From Ginglymostoma cirratum (Eukaryota), in NCBI GenBank assembly GCA_024137785.1, contig JAHRHZ010000042.1, positions 2,327,719-2,391,718 on the forward strand: DNA of 64,000 nt, read 5' to 3'. The notes under the pieces are model-generated. The model saw nothing but the letters and a program-made list of their open reading frames with translations, was not told the DNA's origin and did not search any database. Numbering within the stretch: position 1 is the first letter of the stretch; each line of letters starts with the position of its first letter. The position numbers and the translations under genes are program-made. Below are positions 49,018-61,475 of the stretch, in pieces.

Positions 49018-51638
49018 GTGAGTCTCTCAGCACACTATGTTTTAAAAGGTCTCATTGGAGGAGGATCAATGGCTCGGGCGGTTTAACTGTGAACCTAGTG
49101 TGGCACGGAATGTTCCTTCTTCCTTTTCTATCCCTGTTAATGTCCTTATGCCTTACAGTGTCCTGTATGAAAGTGGTGAGCAGGACTCCATCCTATGTGT
49201 GTGAACGCCATAATGTGACTTTATGTGGGTATTGTTAGCAATGGAAAGAGCTCACACTTGTATAGCACCTTTTTTAAACCTCTGGCTGCTAATGGATTTT
49301 GGGACATGCTATTAAACTTGCTATATTACCTTTTAGTCACTGTTACAATTTAGAAAGTGTACAGTCAGTTTATTTACAGCCAGGTCTTATAAACAGACAT
49401 GCACAATAATGACCAGGTGATTTCGTTTTTTTGTCATGCTCACTGAGGGATAAAATGTTCACCAGGACACTCAGGTAGCTGTAATTGTCAAGGCCCCCTC
49501 CTACGGGTGTTTCATTCCTCCCCACCCCAGCCTCCTAACCAACACCCCCATGCCCCACTGTCTTCACCAGCCTTGGGCTTCTTTTCCCTAACCTGCCATA
49601 AGACAGTCCCCTCCATGCTCAAGTAGTCCCAGAATCTGGAATTTAAATCTCGTGACTGCCATTGGCCATTGCTGCCATTTGTACTACTGGACGGGCAGAG
49701 CTACTAGCCTTCACTTTAGCTCTGATGAAGAGTCATACAGACTTGACACGTTTGCTTGCTTTCTCTCCATGGATGCTGCCTGACCCGCTGTGACCTCCAG
49801 CATTTTTTTGTTTTCAGAGCTATCAGCCAATTTGTTTGTTCAGCAGCCTCTGCCTGAGTTAGAAGATAATTTATTGCCTGGGGACAAACGCTGCACTAGT
49901 GTTAAATGACTGTGGGGCCACTGCGATTGGCAGCGATGTGAACTGCTGGACTGGCAGGAAATTTCTGACAGTACAGTTTAAGGAACAGTTTAATGAAGAC
50001 AAGAAGTTGGAAAGATTTATGAAGGAAAGTTTAGAGATTAGATCTCTGACAGCTGGAGATAAGACCATGAATGGTGGAGTTATGGAAATCAGGGATATCC
50101 AAGAGGTCAGATTTGGAGGAACACCGAGATCTTAGAGGTTTGTAATTAGGGCCTAATTCATTTTTTGGACAGGTCACCTTGAGATTTTCTCAAGAACTAC
50201 TTTTAGATTTACAGGAGCTCCCTTTTCATTCTCAGTAACTTATTTATAGGGCATTGCAGTCATGTTGTAAAAATATCTTCTGTATTTGTGTTGGAAATGA
50301 TATGTTGAGGCTCTGTCAGATCCAGAAGTAGAAGAATTCATCAATTTCCACGGTAAATATCAACCCTCCATGAACGTTAACTACAACAGCATTTAAATTG
50401 GCACAATATAACATGCCTAAGTTGGCAACAAACATTTTCTTCGAAATAACTGATACATTGTCAGGCCTCACAGTTGTAGCTGTTCAGCTACCTGGGAACC
50501 AATCACATTGTTGTTGGCAGGCCAAACGTCTTTGTCATCAATAACTGGTCATCGTTCACAGACCAATCAGCTGTTTGTTGCCAGTTGAACTTCCCTTGAT
50601 ACATGGCACCTGGCTCCAGCTCATCTGCAGTAACTTTGACTCCATTTCTTAAACAAACACAGTGTAAATAACAATTGCCATGAGTGCTGGGAGCTGGCTT
50701 TTATAAAGTGTGACAATCCCTTCCACAATGCTTAGTTTTTAAAACAGATCTTTTCTCATTTCAGCCCAAAATCAAAAATACAGAATAATAAAAAGAAATG
50801 GTCTTTACAACATGCACCTACTCACAAATAGCCATTCCTAAACATACCTTCCGCAGACTGCTGAGACCACAGCTGATATGTTTCCATTACATATGCAAAA
50901 CACTGGGAGATTTAACCAGGCAGTTACTATCCCTGCTTTTTGGAACCAGATCTCAATCTCAGGTTGAAATGTAATCATTCACATGGTGTTCATTGCAAGA
51001 GCAAATTTTCCATGCGTAATAGCTCCTGATCATACACAACCTCAAGACAAAGGTTCCACATTTCATTTACAAAGAGTTCATTACCTCAGTAACTTCAGAT
51101 TTATCTTGCTGTCAGTGAGCTGTATATTCTTTTGTTGATCAGTTTAAGGCTGTTCCCTCTCTGTTTTTCAGCAGCCGCCTCCCTGTTCTTTGCAGCTTCC
51201 TTCTTTCCTCCTCCTTACAGCCACTATCTTGGTAAGCCAAGGCCTCTACCTCTACTTCCCTCTTACCCCACCCCCCCCCTCTCTTCACCCTTCCTCCCTA
51301 CCCCCTGTCTCCACCTCAACCTCACCCGCTTCCCCCGAAACCATGACCCAACCCTGTGTTTCAACGAAAAGTGACTTTGAGATTCTGTCCCTTTGATGTA
51401 AGAGGATAACTTTTCTATAATTGGTCATTGCTGTAACTTAATTTTCCTAGGTGTTTCGGGGACATTTATGAGCAAATTTTCCTAGTGCCCTGCGTACTTT
51501 GAGTGCTGATTTGTAAGAGTGCAGAGTGCTCAGGAGCCCTGGAGAGGGCGGGGATTACAGAGAGGATTTTGATCACGTGGATGAGAATTTTCAAATTGAT
51601 TTTAGAGGCTCCATGCTAATTTCTCTCTATTTCTGTAG

Positions 51639-51765
51639 GTGGTTTGTTTACTCTGAGACTTTCTTCGAAGGCCAGCAAAGTATTCTGGAAGTAGGTGGTT
51701 ATCGAACACTGGAGGAATGGGGAGCAGAGAAACCGCAAGTAGGATCCCTGATACCTCTACAAATG
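51639..51765 (+). CDS. CRYBG2: CRYBG2 exon, Greek key 4 (LWFVYSETFFEG...VGSLIPLQM), 127 nt
   Basis: ttctgtAG acceptor, ATG|GTAAA donor, phase 2/0. Confidence 0.94.
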
Positions 51766-52444
51766 GTAAACACGCAAATCCAAGGCAAAGTAAAAGTACA
51801 TTGAAGGGATGTGAAGAGGGGTGTCAATATTGGATGACTTCTCCAGAATAGTGAGGTCAAGGCACGTATGTGTTAGCACCCAGCCCTAGTGGAGGAACCA
51901 CTTATCCCACATCTCCCATTTGCTCCCTTGACATCACCAACAGGGAGGAAGCAACAGTGCCAGAATTATAACCCATCAGGTATATTTGAACATATTTCCC
52001 TCAGAAAAAGAGGAAATTGAGAGGAAACATGATGGAATTCCTCAGAGTTGTGGCATCATTTGACAGAGGCTGATGTAGGGGACAGGGGGAACTTGGATGT
52101 TAAGAAAATGATGGGTATAAAGATTAAGGTAAACTTGTCATAGTCTCCCCATGATTAGATAGAGACAAGTGGTGGTGGTTTAACCTGAAGGTCACCATGG
52201 TCCCTCAGGTGAGGGGAGAGGCTGAAAAGGAGAATCCTTCATGGTAACCTTAGCCAGTGCAGGAATTAAACCCATACTGTTGGTGTCACTTTGAATCGCA
52301 AACTAGTCATCCAGCCAACTGAGCTGACTGATCCCCTTCTTGTGGGATAAGAGCAAAGCAAAGGCCATAGATACAAAATCTAACAGATCAGGTTTTCCAG
52401 GTGGAGTTGTCAAGAATTGAGTGTCTTCTGTGATTTCTTTTCAG

Positions 52445-52480
52445 GGTCCGCCCAGGGTGGAGAAGCCTAATGAACCAATG
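52445..52480 (+). CDS. CRYBG2: CRYBG2 36-nt linker exon GPPRVEKPNEPM
   Basis: ttctttttcAG acceptor, ATG|GTAAG donor, phase 0/0. Matches CRYBG2 GCPSVEKPGEPK better than the CRYBG1 linker (recalled). Confidence 0.92.
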
Positions 52481-52751
52481 GTAAGCAAACATCAAATGGA
52501 ATTGATGGATTCTTCATTGTGAATTGGTTAGATCGATGCATCTTCTGCGGGTGAAGCTTTTGGAGAAAAATGTTGCATTTTCTGGATTAATTCACAAAAA
52601 TTCCCTGTAAAACTGGCAATGTGGGCAAAATGGTCGTTTACCCTTTCTTTCCTTCCCCTCACCACCAACATCCTTGCCTCCATATAGGAATTTATTTGCT
52701 ATCACCATTTGGTGAATGGTGAATTTATCTACCAGCACCAGTTCACTATTT

Positions 52752-53090
52752 GGGGCCACACAGTGGCTCAGTGGTTAGCACTGCTGCTTCACAGTGCCGG
52801 GGACCAGGATTCGATTTCACTCTTGGATGACTGTCTTTGTGGAGTTTGTACATTCTCCCCGTGTATGCATGGGTTTCGTCTCACAGCCCAAACATGTGCA
52901 TGTTGGGTGGAATGGCCATGCTAAATTGTTTATAATATCCAGGGATATGTAGGCTATGTGGATTAGCCATGACAAATGCAAGGTCACAGGGATAGGTTAG
53001 GGGGTGAGTCTGAATGGGATGGTCTGCAGAGGATTTGACTGGACCTGATGGGCTGAATGGCCTTTTTCTACACTGTAGGGATTCTATGAT
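52752..53090 (+). mobile_element. HE1-type V-SINE, diverged
   Basis: A box GTGGCTCAGTGGTTAGC, V core and GGGATTCTATGAT tail. Confidence 0.8.
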
Positions 53091-53250
53091 CAGTATTTAT
53101 TGCAGTAAAGCTGGTGATAGTGCTTTATAGTCGTAACCACTGCAATATAGCAATTTATTATAACTGCAGGTCTTGCTACATCCTCTCAGAGGGTAGTAAA
53201 GACATAACCAATCAGTTCAGAGATGTTGTTGCACACCTCTGGAGCATATA

Positions 53251-53587
53251 GGGCAGCACGGTGGCACTAGAGCCTCACAGCGCCAGGGACCTGAGTTCGA
53301 TTCCAGCCTCAGGCGACTGTCTATGTGGAGTTTGCACATTCTCCCCGTGTCTGCGTGGGTTTCCTCTGGGTGGTCCAGTTTCATCCCACAGTCCAAAGAC
53401 GTGCAGGTTAGGTGGGTTGGCCATGATAAATTGCCCGTAATGTCCAGGGATGTGTAGATTAAGTGGATTAGGCATGGGAAATGCTGGGTTACAGGGTAGG
53501 GGAATGGGTCTGGATGGGATGCTCTTTGGAGGGCCAGTGTGGACTTCTTGGGCTAAATGGCCTGTTTCCACATTGTAGGGGTTCTAT
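53251..53587 (+). mobile_element. HE1-type V-SINE with 7-bp TSD, nested in a minus-strand tRNA-derived SINE
   Basis: TSD GCATATA at 53244-53250 and 53588-53594. The flanks rejoin into a sequence like 18615-18730 / 59405-59520. Confidence 0.85.
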
Positions 53588-54054
53588 GCATATAACACTT
53601 GAACCCAGACCCTCCTGAATCAAGGTAGGGACACTACCAGTGCACAACAAGAGCCCTCCACTATGTTGATACAGAATTATAATTTCATATAGATCAAGAC
53701 TAAGGGTCTGCAGATTCATTTCCCTAAAGAGACATTTAGGATTTAACTCAAAACTGACTGCTTTGTGGTCACTTGCCGATGCCAAGTTTTCATTTCTAGA
53801 TTTAGGTGAATTTAGCTTCTCAGACTTTGTTTGGACTTCACATCATCTTGGTTATTAGTCCAGACTCCTCAGTTGTTCTTGCAATACCATAACTACATTA
53901 ACTTACTCAGATACGCTCCACACTGAACTGATGCAGGGACTCTTTAGGAGCACACGGATACAGCCACGCACCCTTGCCAAACTCGCTGCTGCCTTGCACA
54001 TTGAATCCTGGTTCTTCACCACCTGATGTTTCAAAATCTGTTGTTTTGTTCTAG

Positions 54055-54191
54055 ATCACCATCTTTGAGAAGATGTACTTTGCTGGGAGAAGCAGAGATG
54101 TTTACAATGACTCCTCGGACTTCCTGTCCAGATATCCCAACACCGGTGCCGCTCTCTCAAATGCTGGCTCCATAAAGGTCTATGGAGGAAT
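54055..54191 (+). CDS. CRYBG2: CRYBG2 exon, Greek key 5 (ITIFEKMYFAGRSRDV...AGSIKVYGG)
   Basis: ttgttctAG acceptor, AT|GTGAGT donor, phase 0/2. Confidence 0.94.
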
Positions 54192-54316
54192 GTGAGTACC
54201 TAGCACAGAAAGGGGTTAATGTGGCTTTGTGGGTGGAAACAGCTCTCCAGTGAAAGTCCAGACTTATCTCTTTGGGGAAGGAATAATGAGGGACAAGGGT
54301 GGGATTTCTAGCCCAT

Positions 54317-54384
54317 CTTCCCCCTGCACTGACCACCCTTTCCCCCTGCACTGACCACCCTTCCCACTGCACGGACCCCCTTTC
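54317..54384 (+). repeat. ~22-bp minisatellite, about 3 copies (TTCCCCCTGCACTGACCACCCT)
   Basis: Direct observation. Confidence 0.8.
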
Positions 54385-55189
54385 GGGTCAGGAGCAATTT
54401 ACAATGGGTCTTTTGTTTTCAGTTCACTTGTGGGTCATGGGTGTCGCTGGCCGGGGCACAGCAATAAATACTGGCCCTAGTTGCCCTTGAGAAGGTGATG
54501 GTAAGCTGCCTTCTTGAACTGCTGCAGTTCACTTGCTGTGGGTTGACCCACTGCAAACGTTTTGTTGAGACTTTGTAGCGATTGCTAAAACTGAGTGGCT
54601 TGCTTGGCCATTTCAGAGGGCAGTTGAGGGTCAACCACATTGCTGTGGGCCTGGAGTCACATTTGGACCAGACCAGGTAAGGATGGCAGATTTCCTTCCC
54701 TGGAAGACATTAATGAGCCAGATGGATTTTCCCAACGATCGACAATTGTTTCACGGCCATCAGTAGATTCGTAATTCCAGATTTTATTTTATTGAACTCA
54801 AATTCCACCAACTCCTCTGTTGGGATTCGAACGTTAGCTGAGTTTAGGGGTTAATAGTGATAATACCACTAGGCCATCCCCCCCCCCCAGTATCAGTATC
54901 TGTATGTATATACTAGATGAATAACCCACTACCACATGGAGTGGTTGAAATGAATAGTATAGAAGCATTTAAAGGGAAGCTAGACTAACAGTGCAGGGAG
55001 AAGAGACAGAGAGTTACCATGATAGATTTAGATGAAGAAGAAGGTTTGAGGGAAGCATAAGTGCTGGCATGGACTGGTTGGACCAAATGGCCTGTTTCTG
55101 TGCCATATACCCATGTAATTATCTATTGTATTGCAGGCAGCATGATGGTTTTCCATAAACCTTCCCACTGTTGGTGTAATGACATAGTG

Positions 55190-55565
55190 TTAGCTATGGC
55201 TGGTGGACTGCACTCTCAGCCTGAGTCTGAAGCTTGACATCTCCAGTGCCATGCTGTCTAAGAGGCCACTTTCTGTTTGGACGCGAAACTTAGATTCCAT
55301 CGGATTGACGCAAAGGATCCTCTGTGCCATTTTGAAAAACGGAGGAGTTCTATCTGACGTCCTGGGGCAGTAATGATCCCTCTGCAACATCTAACCCTCA
55401 CCCTAACTAAAACAGTTGAACCCGTCACTTATTTCAGTTGCTCCTTGTGGGAGCTTGCTGTGCACAGATTGGCATCCACATTTCCGATATTAGAACAGCA
55501 AATATATTTTGATTACATTTCATTAGATCTAAAGTGCTTGGAGTTGCTCTGAGGCCACAGAAGTT
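55190..55565 (+). mobile_element. DeuSINE (SacSINE1-like) SINE, diverged
   Basis: TTGTGGGAGCTTGCTGTGCACAGATTGGC core; related pieces at ~16900-17165, 49245-49480 and 63280-63640. Confidence 0.6.
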
Positions 55566-55733
55566 GTCCCTATCAAACACTCCCAGGATAGGAACAGCGT
55601 GGTGTTACATACAGAGTAAAGCTCCCTCAATTATTTAACTCGACAGTGTTGGGTGGTTGTTATTCATGAAGCCACTGCTCTTTAAATGTTTTACTCTGAC
55701 TCGCTGATTATTTTCATTCATGTATTCTTGCAG

Positions 55734-55860
55734 TTGGGTCGGCTACTCAAAGGAAGGGTTCAGGGGTCATCAGTATCTCTTTGAAGAAGGCGAGTTCATG
55801 GACTGGAGGACATGGGGTGGCTATGATGAGGATTTGAAGTCACTGCGCCTCATCCGGGCA
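55734..55860 (+). CDS. CRYBG2: CRYBG2 exon, Greek key 6 (IWVGYSKEGFRGHQYLFEEGEFMDWRTWGGYDEDLKSLRLIRA), 127 nt
   Basis: ttgcAG acceptor, GCA|GTAAGT donor, phase 2/0. WVGYxKEGFRGHQYL is the CRYBG2-type variant. Confidence 0.96.
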
Positions 55861-56652
55861 GTAAGTATTGGGAAACAAGACAGATATTTCTTGTAAAGTG
55901 AAGGCAATGGCGCAGAGTTAAATTTCCCCATCCCCCCCTTGAAGATCGGTAAGCATTTCTACTGTGGAGACGAGCCACAAGCCATAGTCAATGTGCATTC
56001 TTTCATCTTGATCAGATGGTGGCACTACCTCCCAGCGTAATGCTGCGCTGCAGGTGGCAGATCCACCAGCAGCATTCAGCGGGGAATCTCACAGATTTCT
56101 GAAGCCACAGAATGTTGGGAGCTGTTAGGAACCTTCCAGAGGAGATGGACTAATTGGATAGCTCTTTCAAAGAGCCAACATAGGCATGATGGGTCACACG
56201 GCCTCTTTTGGAGGAGTATTATTCAATGATTCTGTGAGGTGTGATGCAGTTGGTATTGGTGATCTTGGGTTTCGACAAGGTGAAATGAGCCAATTTTGCT
56301 GCTTGTGAAGACTGCAAGGTTTAGTGAAGTGATTGGGGTGCAGCTGCTGCTGCTTTGCACGTGCCATGGAGGGGCAGGGCACAGCATTTGCCCATAACGA
56401 GCACTGACACCCCATTGTGATATCCACATGGCAAAGCAAATGACTAACACTCCAGGTACAGACAGTAGGCTGATGACTGGACCTCTGCTCCCAGTCATGT
56501 CACCATCGTCAGTGGGAGCACGAGAGCAGAGGGGTGGAATGAATTTGCAAAAAACAAAAGGGATCGTTTCTTTGTTTAAGTAAGTGCCAGTGCTGAACAG
56601 AAAGTATCTGCAAGTGACCCTGTTTGATGTCTTCTTTTGTTTTTCTCAAAAG

Positions 56653-56795
56653 GAATTTTTCAACCCTGTGATTGTTCTGAACAACGGAAATGACGACGAG
56701 GAAAGTGATTCAATTCTGATTACTGAGTCCATCCCAGACCTGGAGCTGATTAATGCTAGGGACCAAGTACAATCCATGAAAGTTATGAGTGGAGC
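56653..56795 (+). CDS. CRYBG2: CRYBG2 exon, Greek key 7 (EFFNPVIVL...IPDLEL...QSMKVMSG)
   Basis: Pyrimidine tract ending aaAG, GC|GTAAGT donor, phase 0/2. Confidence 0.9.
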
Positions 56796-57444
56796 GTAAG
56801 TGACAGAACTAGCATGGGCTGCAAGTGGGCAATATATAAGACAGCTGCTATCATGTATGTTTTGGCAACCATTTCCTTTGCTTTACAAACACTACCGTTC
56901 CCTTTGATATCGACAGGTGGAACTTTCCTGTCCTGTGAAGTGGTAGGAATGACAGATAATTGGGTGTCTTGGTGGTGGGAGTTACTCACCCTTTTCCTGT
57001 CATTTGGAAATTAAGTTCTGGGCAGGAAGGCCCATTGGTGAACTGCCCAGTCTACCATCAAGTAAGGTCCGTAAATGGTCAGTTAAAGACTTACTTGAGG
57101 ATCTCCTGCCACCGCAGCTGCAATTGCTTGGGTTCCAAGCAGGAAAGGAAAGAGCCCAGAGGCATTGGCCACATTCTGCAGACAGTAGCCTGTGATTGGC
57201 TGGCAGCTCTAGGAGGGTGGGACTTACTTTGGGGTTTGTAACTCCAGCAGGAATCTCACCAGCAGCCAATCACTGCCAGATTATCATAAAATCCGACAGG
57301 CTTTCTGACTAAAGTAGGCCATGGCTTTCTGTCCACAAAACTCTTCCGCTTTCAGACTTATCGACAAAACAGGAAAATTCTACCCACGTTGTAAAATCTA
57401 GCACCCCCTGGTGTTAAAGGCACACCTACCATGCTGTAGCCTTT

Positions 57445-58125
57445 TTTGTCATTCACGGGATGTGGGCTTCACAGGCTGGGTCTTCCCTCATTTTCCTGGA
57501 GAAGGTGCCTTCTTGAACCACTGCAATTCATTTGGTGTTCGTCCACAGTACAGTTAGGGACGGAATTCCAGAATTTTAATCCAGTAACACTGAAGGAAAG
57601 ATCATTTATTTTCCCCAAGTCAGGATAGTGAGTGACTTGCAGGGAACATGCAGGTGCTCCCATGTATATGCAGCCCTTGTCTTTCTAGAAGTGGTCATGT
57701 GTTCATGAGGTGCTGTCTAAGTGCATCTGATACACACTGCTGCTACTGAGCATCAGAGGCAAAGGGAATGACAGGCAACACATCCACAAACAATCGAGTG
57801 AATTGCTTCATCCTGGATGGTGTTTTTTTTCACTGCTATTGGAGTTGCACTCATGAGGCAAGTGGGGAGTATTCCATGTGACTCTTGACTTGTGCCTTGC
57901 TGATGATGGACTGGTTTTAGAGAGTCAGGAGGCTTATTACTCGCCACAGGATTGCTTAACTCTGACCTGCTCTTCCTACCACTGTATTAATATGGCTTAT
58001 CCAGGTCACTTACTGGGCAATGGTAACCCTCAGGATGTTGATTATGAGGGACACAGGGATAGCAATACCATTGAATGTCCAGGGGCAATGATTACCTTCC
58101 TGCATGTTGCAAATGGTCATTTTTG
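57445..58125 (-). mobile_element. CR1/L2-group LINE 3' fragment (uninterrupted homolog of the LTR-split copy)
   Basis: Contains TTGGAGTTGCACTCATGAGGCAAGTGGGGAGTATTCC spanning the point where the 2802-7587 element inserted in the other copy. Confidence 0.75.
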
Positions 58126-58595
58126 ACAACGATTGTATCAGATTTGATCTCTGGTGATCTAAGTTCAGTTGAATGCTAAAATCTGTCTCTAATACCTCGG
58201 ATACACATGGGTGATGCGGAGTTTTGTCACTGCTGACTGCTCACTGAGGGATGACTTGTTTTTTTTTCAATGGGTGTGGCACCAATGTGTTCAGGTGTTG
58301 CCTGCAAAAGGCTCCACAGTCAAACAGCTGCCTGAGCTCATGCTGAAGGGAGGCATCTTGGGTGAGGTACAAGGAGGACCAAACCCCAGAAAGAACATCC
58401 TACAAAAAAAAACAAATAAGCTTAATATAGAAGTGAATAATTTAAGACCTTGAATTGACAGTAGCTGAGCTCAATGCCTAGAGAAGAGGGGTAGAAAATG
58501 CTTTTCATTTCCCAGGAGTTGATCTTTGAAACCTGTTTTCAAATCTGAATTGAGCTGCTTCCTTGCAGGTAAATATTCATCACTTCATCTTTCAG

Positions 58596-58722
58596 ATGGG
58601 TGGCTTACGAGGGTGTCAATTATTCTGGAGCTCAGTACATTGTCGAGAAAGGAATTTACCGGAACCCTCAGGATTGGGGTGCCCAGAACTGTGAGATTAG
58701 CTCCCTGCACCCCATCTTACTG
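58596..58722 (+). CDS. CRYBG2: CRYBG2 exon, Greek key 8 (AWVAYEGVNYSGAQYIVEKGIYRNPQDWGAQNCEISSLHPILL), 127 nt
   Basis: ctttcAG acceptor, CTG|GTAAG donor, phase 2/0. Confidence 0.95.
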
Positions 58723-58964
58723 GTAAGCAGAACTTTTACCTCAATACTGTGCCTGTTACAATCTTAATAATGTGCCTGCCCCTTCCATTAATACCTTGGA
58801 GAAGAAATTGCTCTCTTCTGAGCTGCTGCAGTACTCCAGACAAATGCACTCTCCAACTTGTGTTCTTCATCAAGGCAGCATTTGAAGTTCCATCACCGTC
58901 CCAGGGCACAGGGGTAGTTAGATTACTCTGCAGGGAGGGAGGAGCACCACAAGAATACCTAGAT

Positions 58965-59260
58965 TGGGCATATTGCCTTATCAGGAAAGGTTGGACAGGC
59001 TAGGCTTATATCCAGTGCAGTCTAGAAGAGTAAGAGGCAACTTGACTGAAGCATACAAAATCCTGAGAATTCTTGACACGTCAGATGTAGAGAGGGTCTT
59101 TCCTCTTACGGTAGAATCTAGAACTCGGGGTCACTTTAAAAAAAGAATCTCTGATTTAAGTCAGATGAGAGAAGTTTTTTTTTGAGCGTCATGCATCTTT
59201 GAAACTCTCTTCCTGAAAGGGCAATGAAAACAGAGATGGATAGATTCTTGGTAAGTAATG
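58965..59260 (+). mobile_element. CR1 3' fragment
   Basis: YQERLDRLGLYP...RRVRGNLTEAYKIL motif. Confidence 0.8.
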
Positions 59261-60878
59261 ATTGTTGGGGGGACAAGAATGTGCCAGTTCAGCCAGAAGG
59301 AAGGAGGGGCAACTGTGAAGATTGACAGGTCAGGTAACAAATGGTAGGAGGGGGGGTGATGTGATGGTGGTCATGTGATGAAAGTTCAGGAAGACATTCA
59401 ACTGGAGGGCCACTGTGGTGCAGTGGTAGTGTCTGTAGCTCTGAGTCAGTAGGCTTGGGTTTGAGTCTCATCTGCATCAGTGCTGTGTCATAACACGTTT
59501 GGACAGGTAGGTTGAAAAACGTCGACATTCCAATGGAGTTAGCAGCTCTTTCCTGGCCCAACAAAGGACAGAGAGAAAGTGAGATGGAGGAATTAATGAG
59601 AGTTTCTATTCCTGGTTGCCAACTGGTGATCCCTTAGAGGAGAGTCATGTAGATGGCAGTTGGGGAAGGAACTCAAACATCCTGGATGTCTCTTTAAATA
59701 TTGAAAGTATGGCCAATACTTACAGCCTAGATACAGGTGGATTGAGCCAGGGAAAGGAACTGGGTGTCTGGGAAAGCTCTGCTGCTGCAAAGACCTTTGG
59801 GACTGAAGAAAGGAGAAAGGAAAAACTGGGAGAATCCAATCTTGTCGAAGCACGGTAACATTCTTCTCAAAAATCCCTTCCAAACAAGTGACAGGCTATT
59901 TGTATATTTATTTGCCGCTGGAACTTGTCTTATTGGGGGCTATGGGTATGGGAGATACTTTTCAGTAGGAGCTGCTCTGACCTCTATTGAGAAAGAGTTT
60001 GGACAGCAGCAAGATGTTCCAGACATTGCTCAAGGGGCAAGCAAGTCATCGTTAACATTATTTTAAAAAGGAACATATACTGTAAGCCAACAGGACATAG
60101 AAAACTTTCTTTCTTAGTTTTAAAAATAGTGTTTTATTTCATTAAATAATGTGGTGGGACCATTTAGCTCCTCAAGCCAGTTACACCATTTTCAGTTCAA
60201 TCATTGCTGATGGGTGATTCATCCCCAGTTTACTGCTTTTCCCTCCATACTCCTGTGTAAAACCAAACTAATGATAAAGGGACATGTTCCTTCCATGATG
60301 TTTGCCATATCTGCTATAGGAGTGCTCAACTGAGGGTCTATGGGTCCCAAGGCATCCAGGAGAGAATTTCAAGGCATTCCCTTTTACCGGAGGGGGGAGT
60401 GAAGGACCCTCCCTACTTGTTTGGTTCCCAGGACTATACACAAGTTGAATCCAGGATGACTCCTTCCCTGTGACAGTGACCCTGCTTTGGACTGTGTTGT
60501 CTTATTCTGCACGTCCCTGAGTCACTCAGTCACCAGTGCCCACGCATACCTTCCTTGGGTATTGTCAAGGTTGGGAGACAAGCAGCATGTTGGTCATCGC
60601 TGATAGTGTCCTGTCTGCTAAGGCTGATGGAGAAAATGATTAAAAATAAAATGCCAAAAACGCACTTCAATTTTTTTCTAAAAACTTGTTAGAAGCTAAA
60701 ATAACATTAAACACTTATAATTATAACCAAGGAATAACCCTGTGCCTAAATAGAAAATACGGAGAAAGGACTGAGAGGTTTAAAATTTCCTTTGATGGAG
60801 AGTAATGTGGTCAAATCAGAGTGAGTCTTGTATTTTGGGATGGGGCTACATACTGGGAACAAGTGAGTACCTGGCAGA

Positions 60879-61475
60879 GATAATAGGTACTGCAGATGCT
60901 GGAGAATCTGAGACAACAAGGTGTGGGGCTGGATGAACACAGCAGGCCAAGCAGCATCATAGGAGCAGGAAAGCTTGACGTTTCGGGCCTAAACCCTTCA
61001 TCAGAAATGGGGGAGGGGAAGAGGGTTCTGAAATAAATAGGGAGAGAGGGGGTGGTGGATAGAAGATGGATGGAGGAGAGGATAGGTGGAGAGGAGGCAG
61101 ACAAGTCGAAGAGGCGGGGATGGAGCCAGTAAAGGTGAGTGTAGGTAGGGGGGTAGGGAGGAGATAGGTCAGTCCAGGGAGGACGGACAGGTCAAGGGGA
61201 TGGGATGAGGTTAGTAGGTAGGAAATGGGGGTGGGGCTTGAGGTGGGAGGAGGGGATAGGTGAGAGGAAGAACAGGTTAGGGAGGTGGGGACGAGCTGGG
61301 CTGGTTCACCTTTACTGGCTCCATCCCCGCCTCTTCGACTTGTCTGCCTCCTCTCCACCTATCCTCTCCTCTATCCATCCTCTATCCGCCTCCCTCTCTC
61401 CCTATTTATTTCAGAACCCTCTTTCCCCACCCCACCCCCATTTCTGATGAAGGGTCTAGGCCCGAAACGCCAACC
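60879..61475. mobile_element. Penelope-like element terminus with inverted partial pLTR, two hammerhead cores and 13-bp TSD
   Basis: TSD AGTACCTGGCAGA at 60866-60878 and 61476-61488. Inverted arms ~60977-61138 / 61306-61471. Confidence 0.82.
60977..61004 (-). ncRNA. Minimal hammerhead ribozyme core CUGAUGA-AGGG-UUUAGG-CCC-GAAAC-GUC
   Basis: Canonical CUGAUGA and GAAA boxes with a GUC triplet; palindromic ACGU stem III. Confidence 0.65.

Noticed and set aside
59616-60066. Overlapping 80-100 aa ORFs in an intron
   Set aside because: No domain, no convincing splice sites, and the flanking exons already join in phase.
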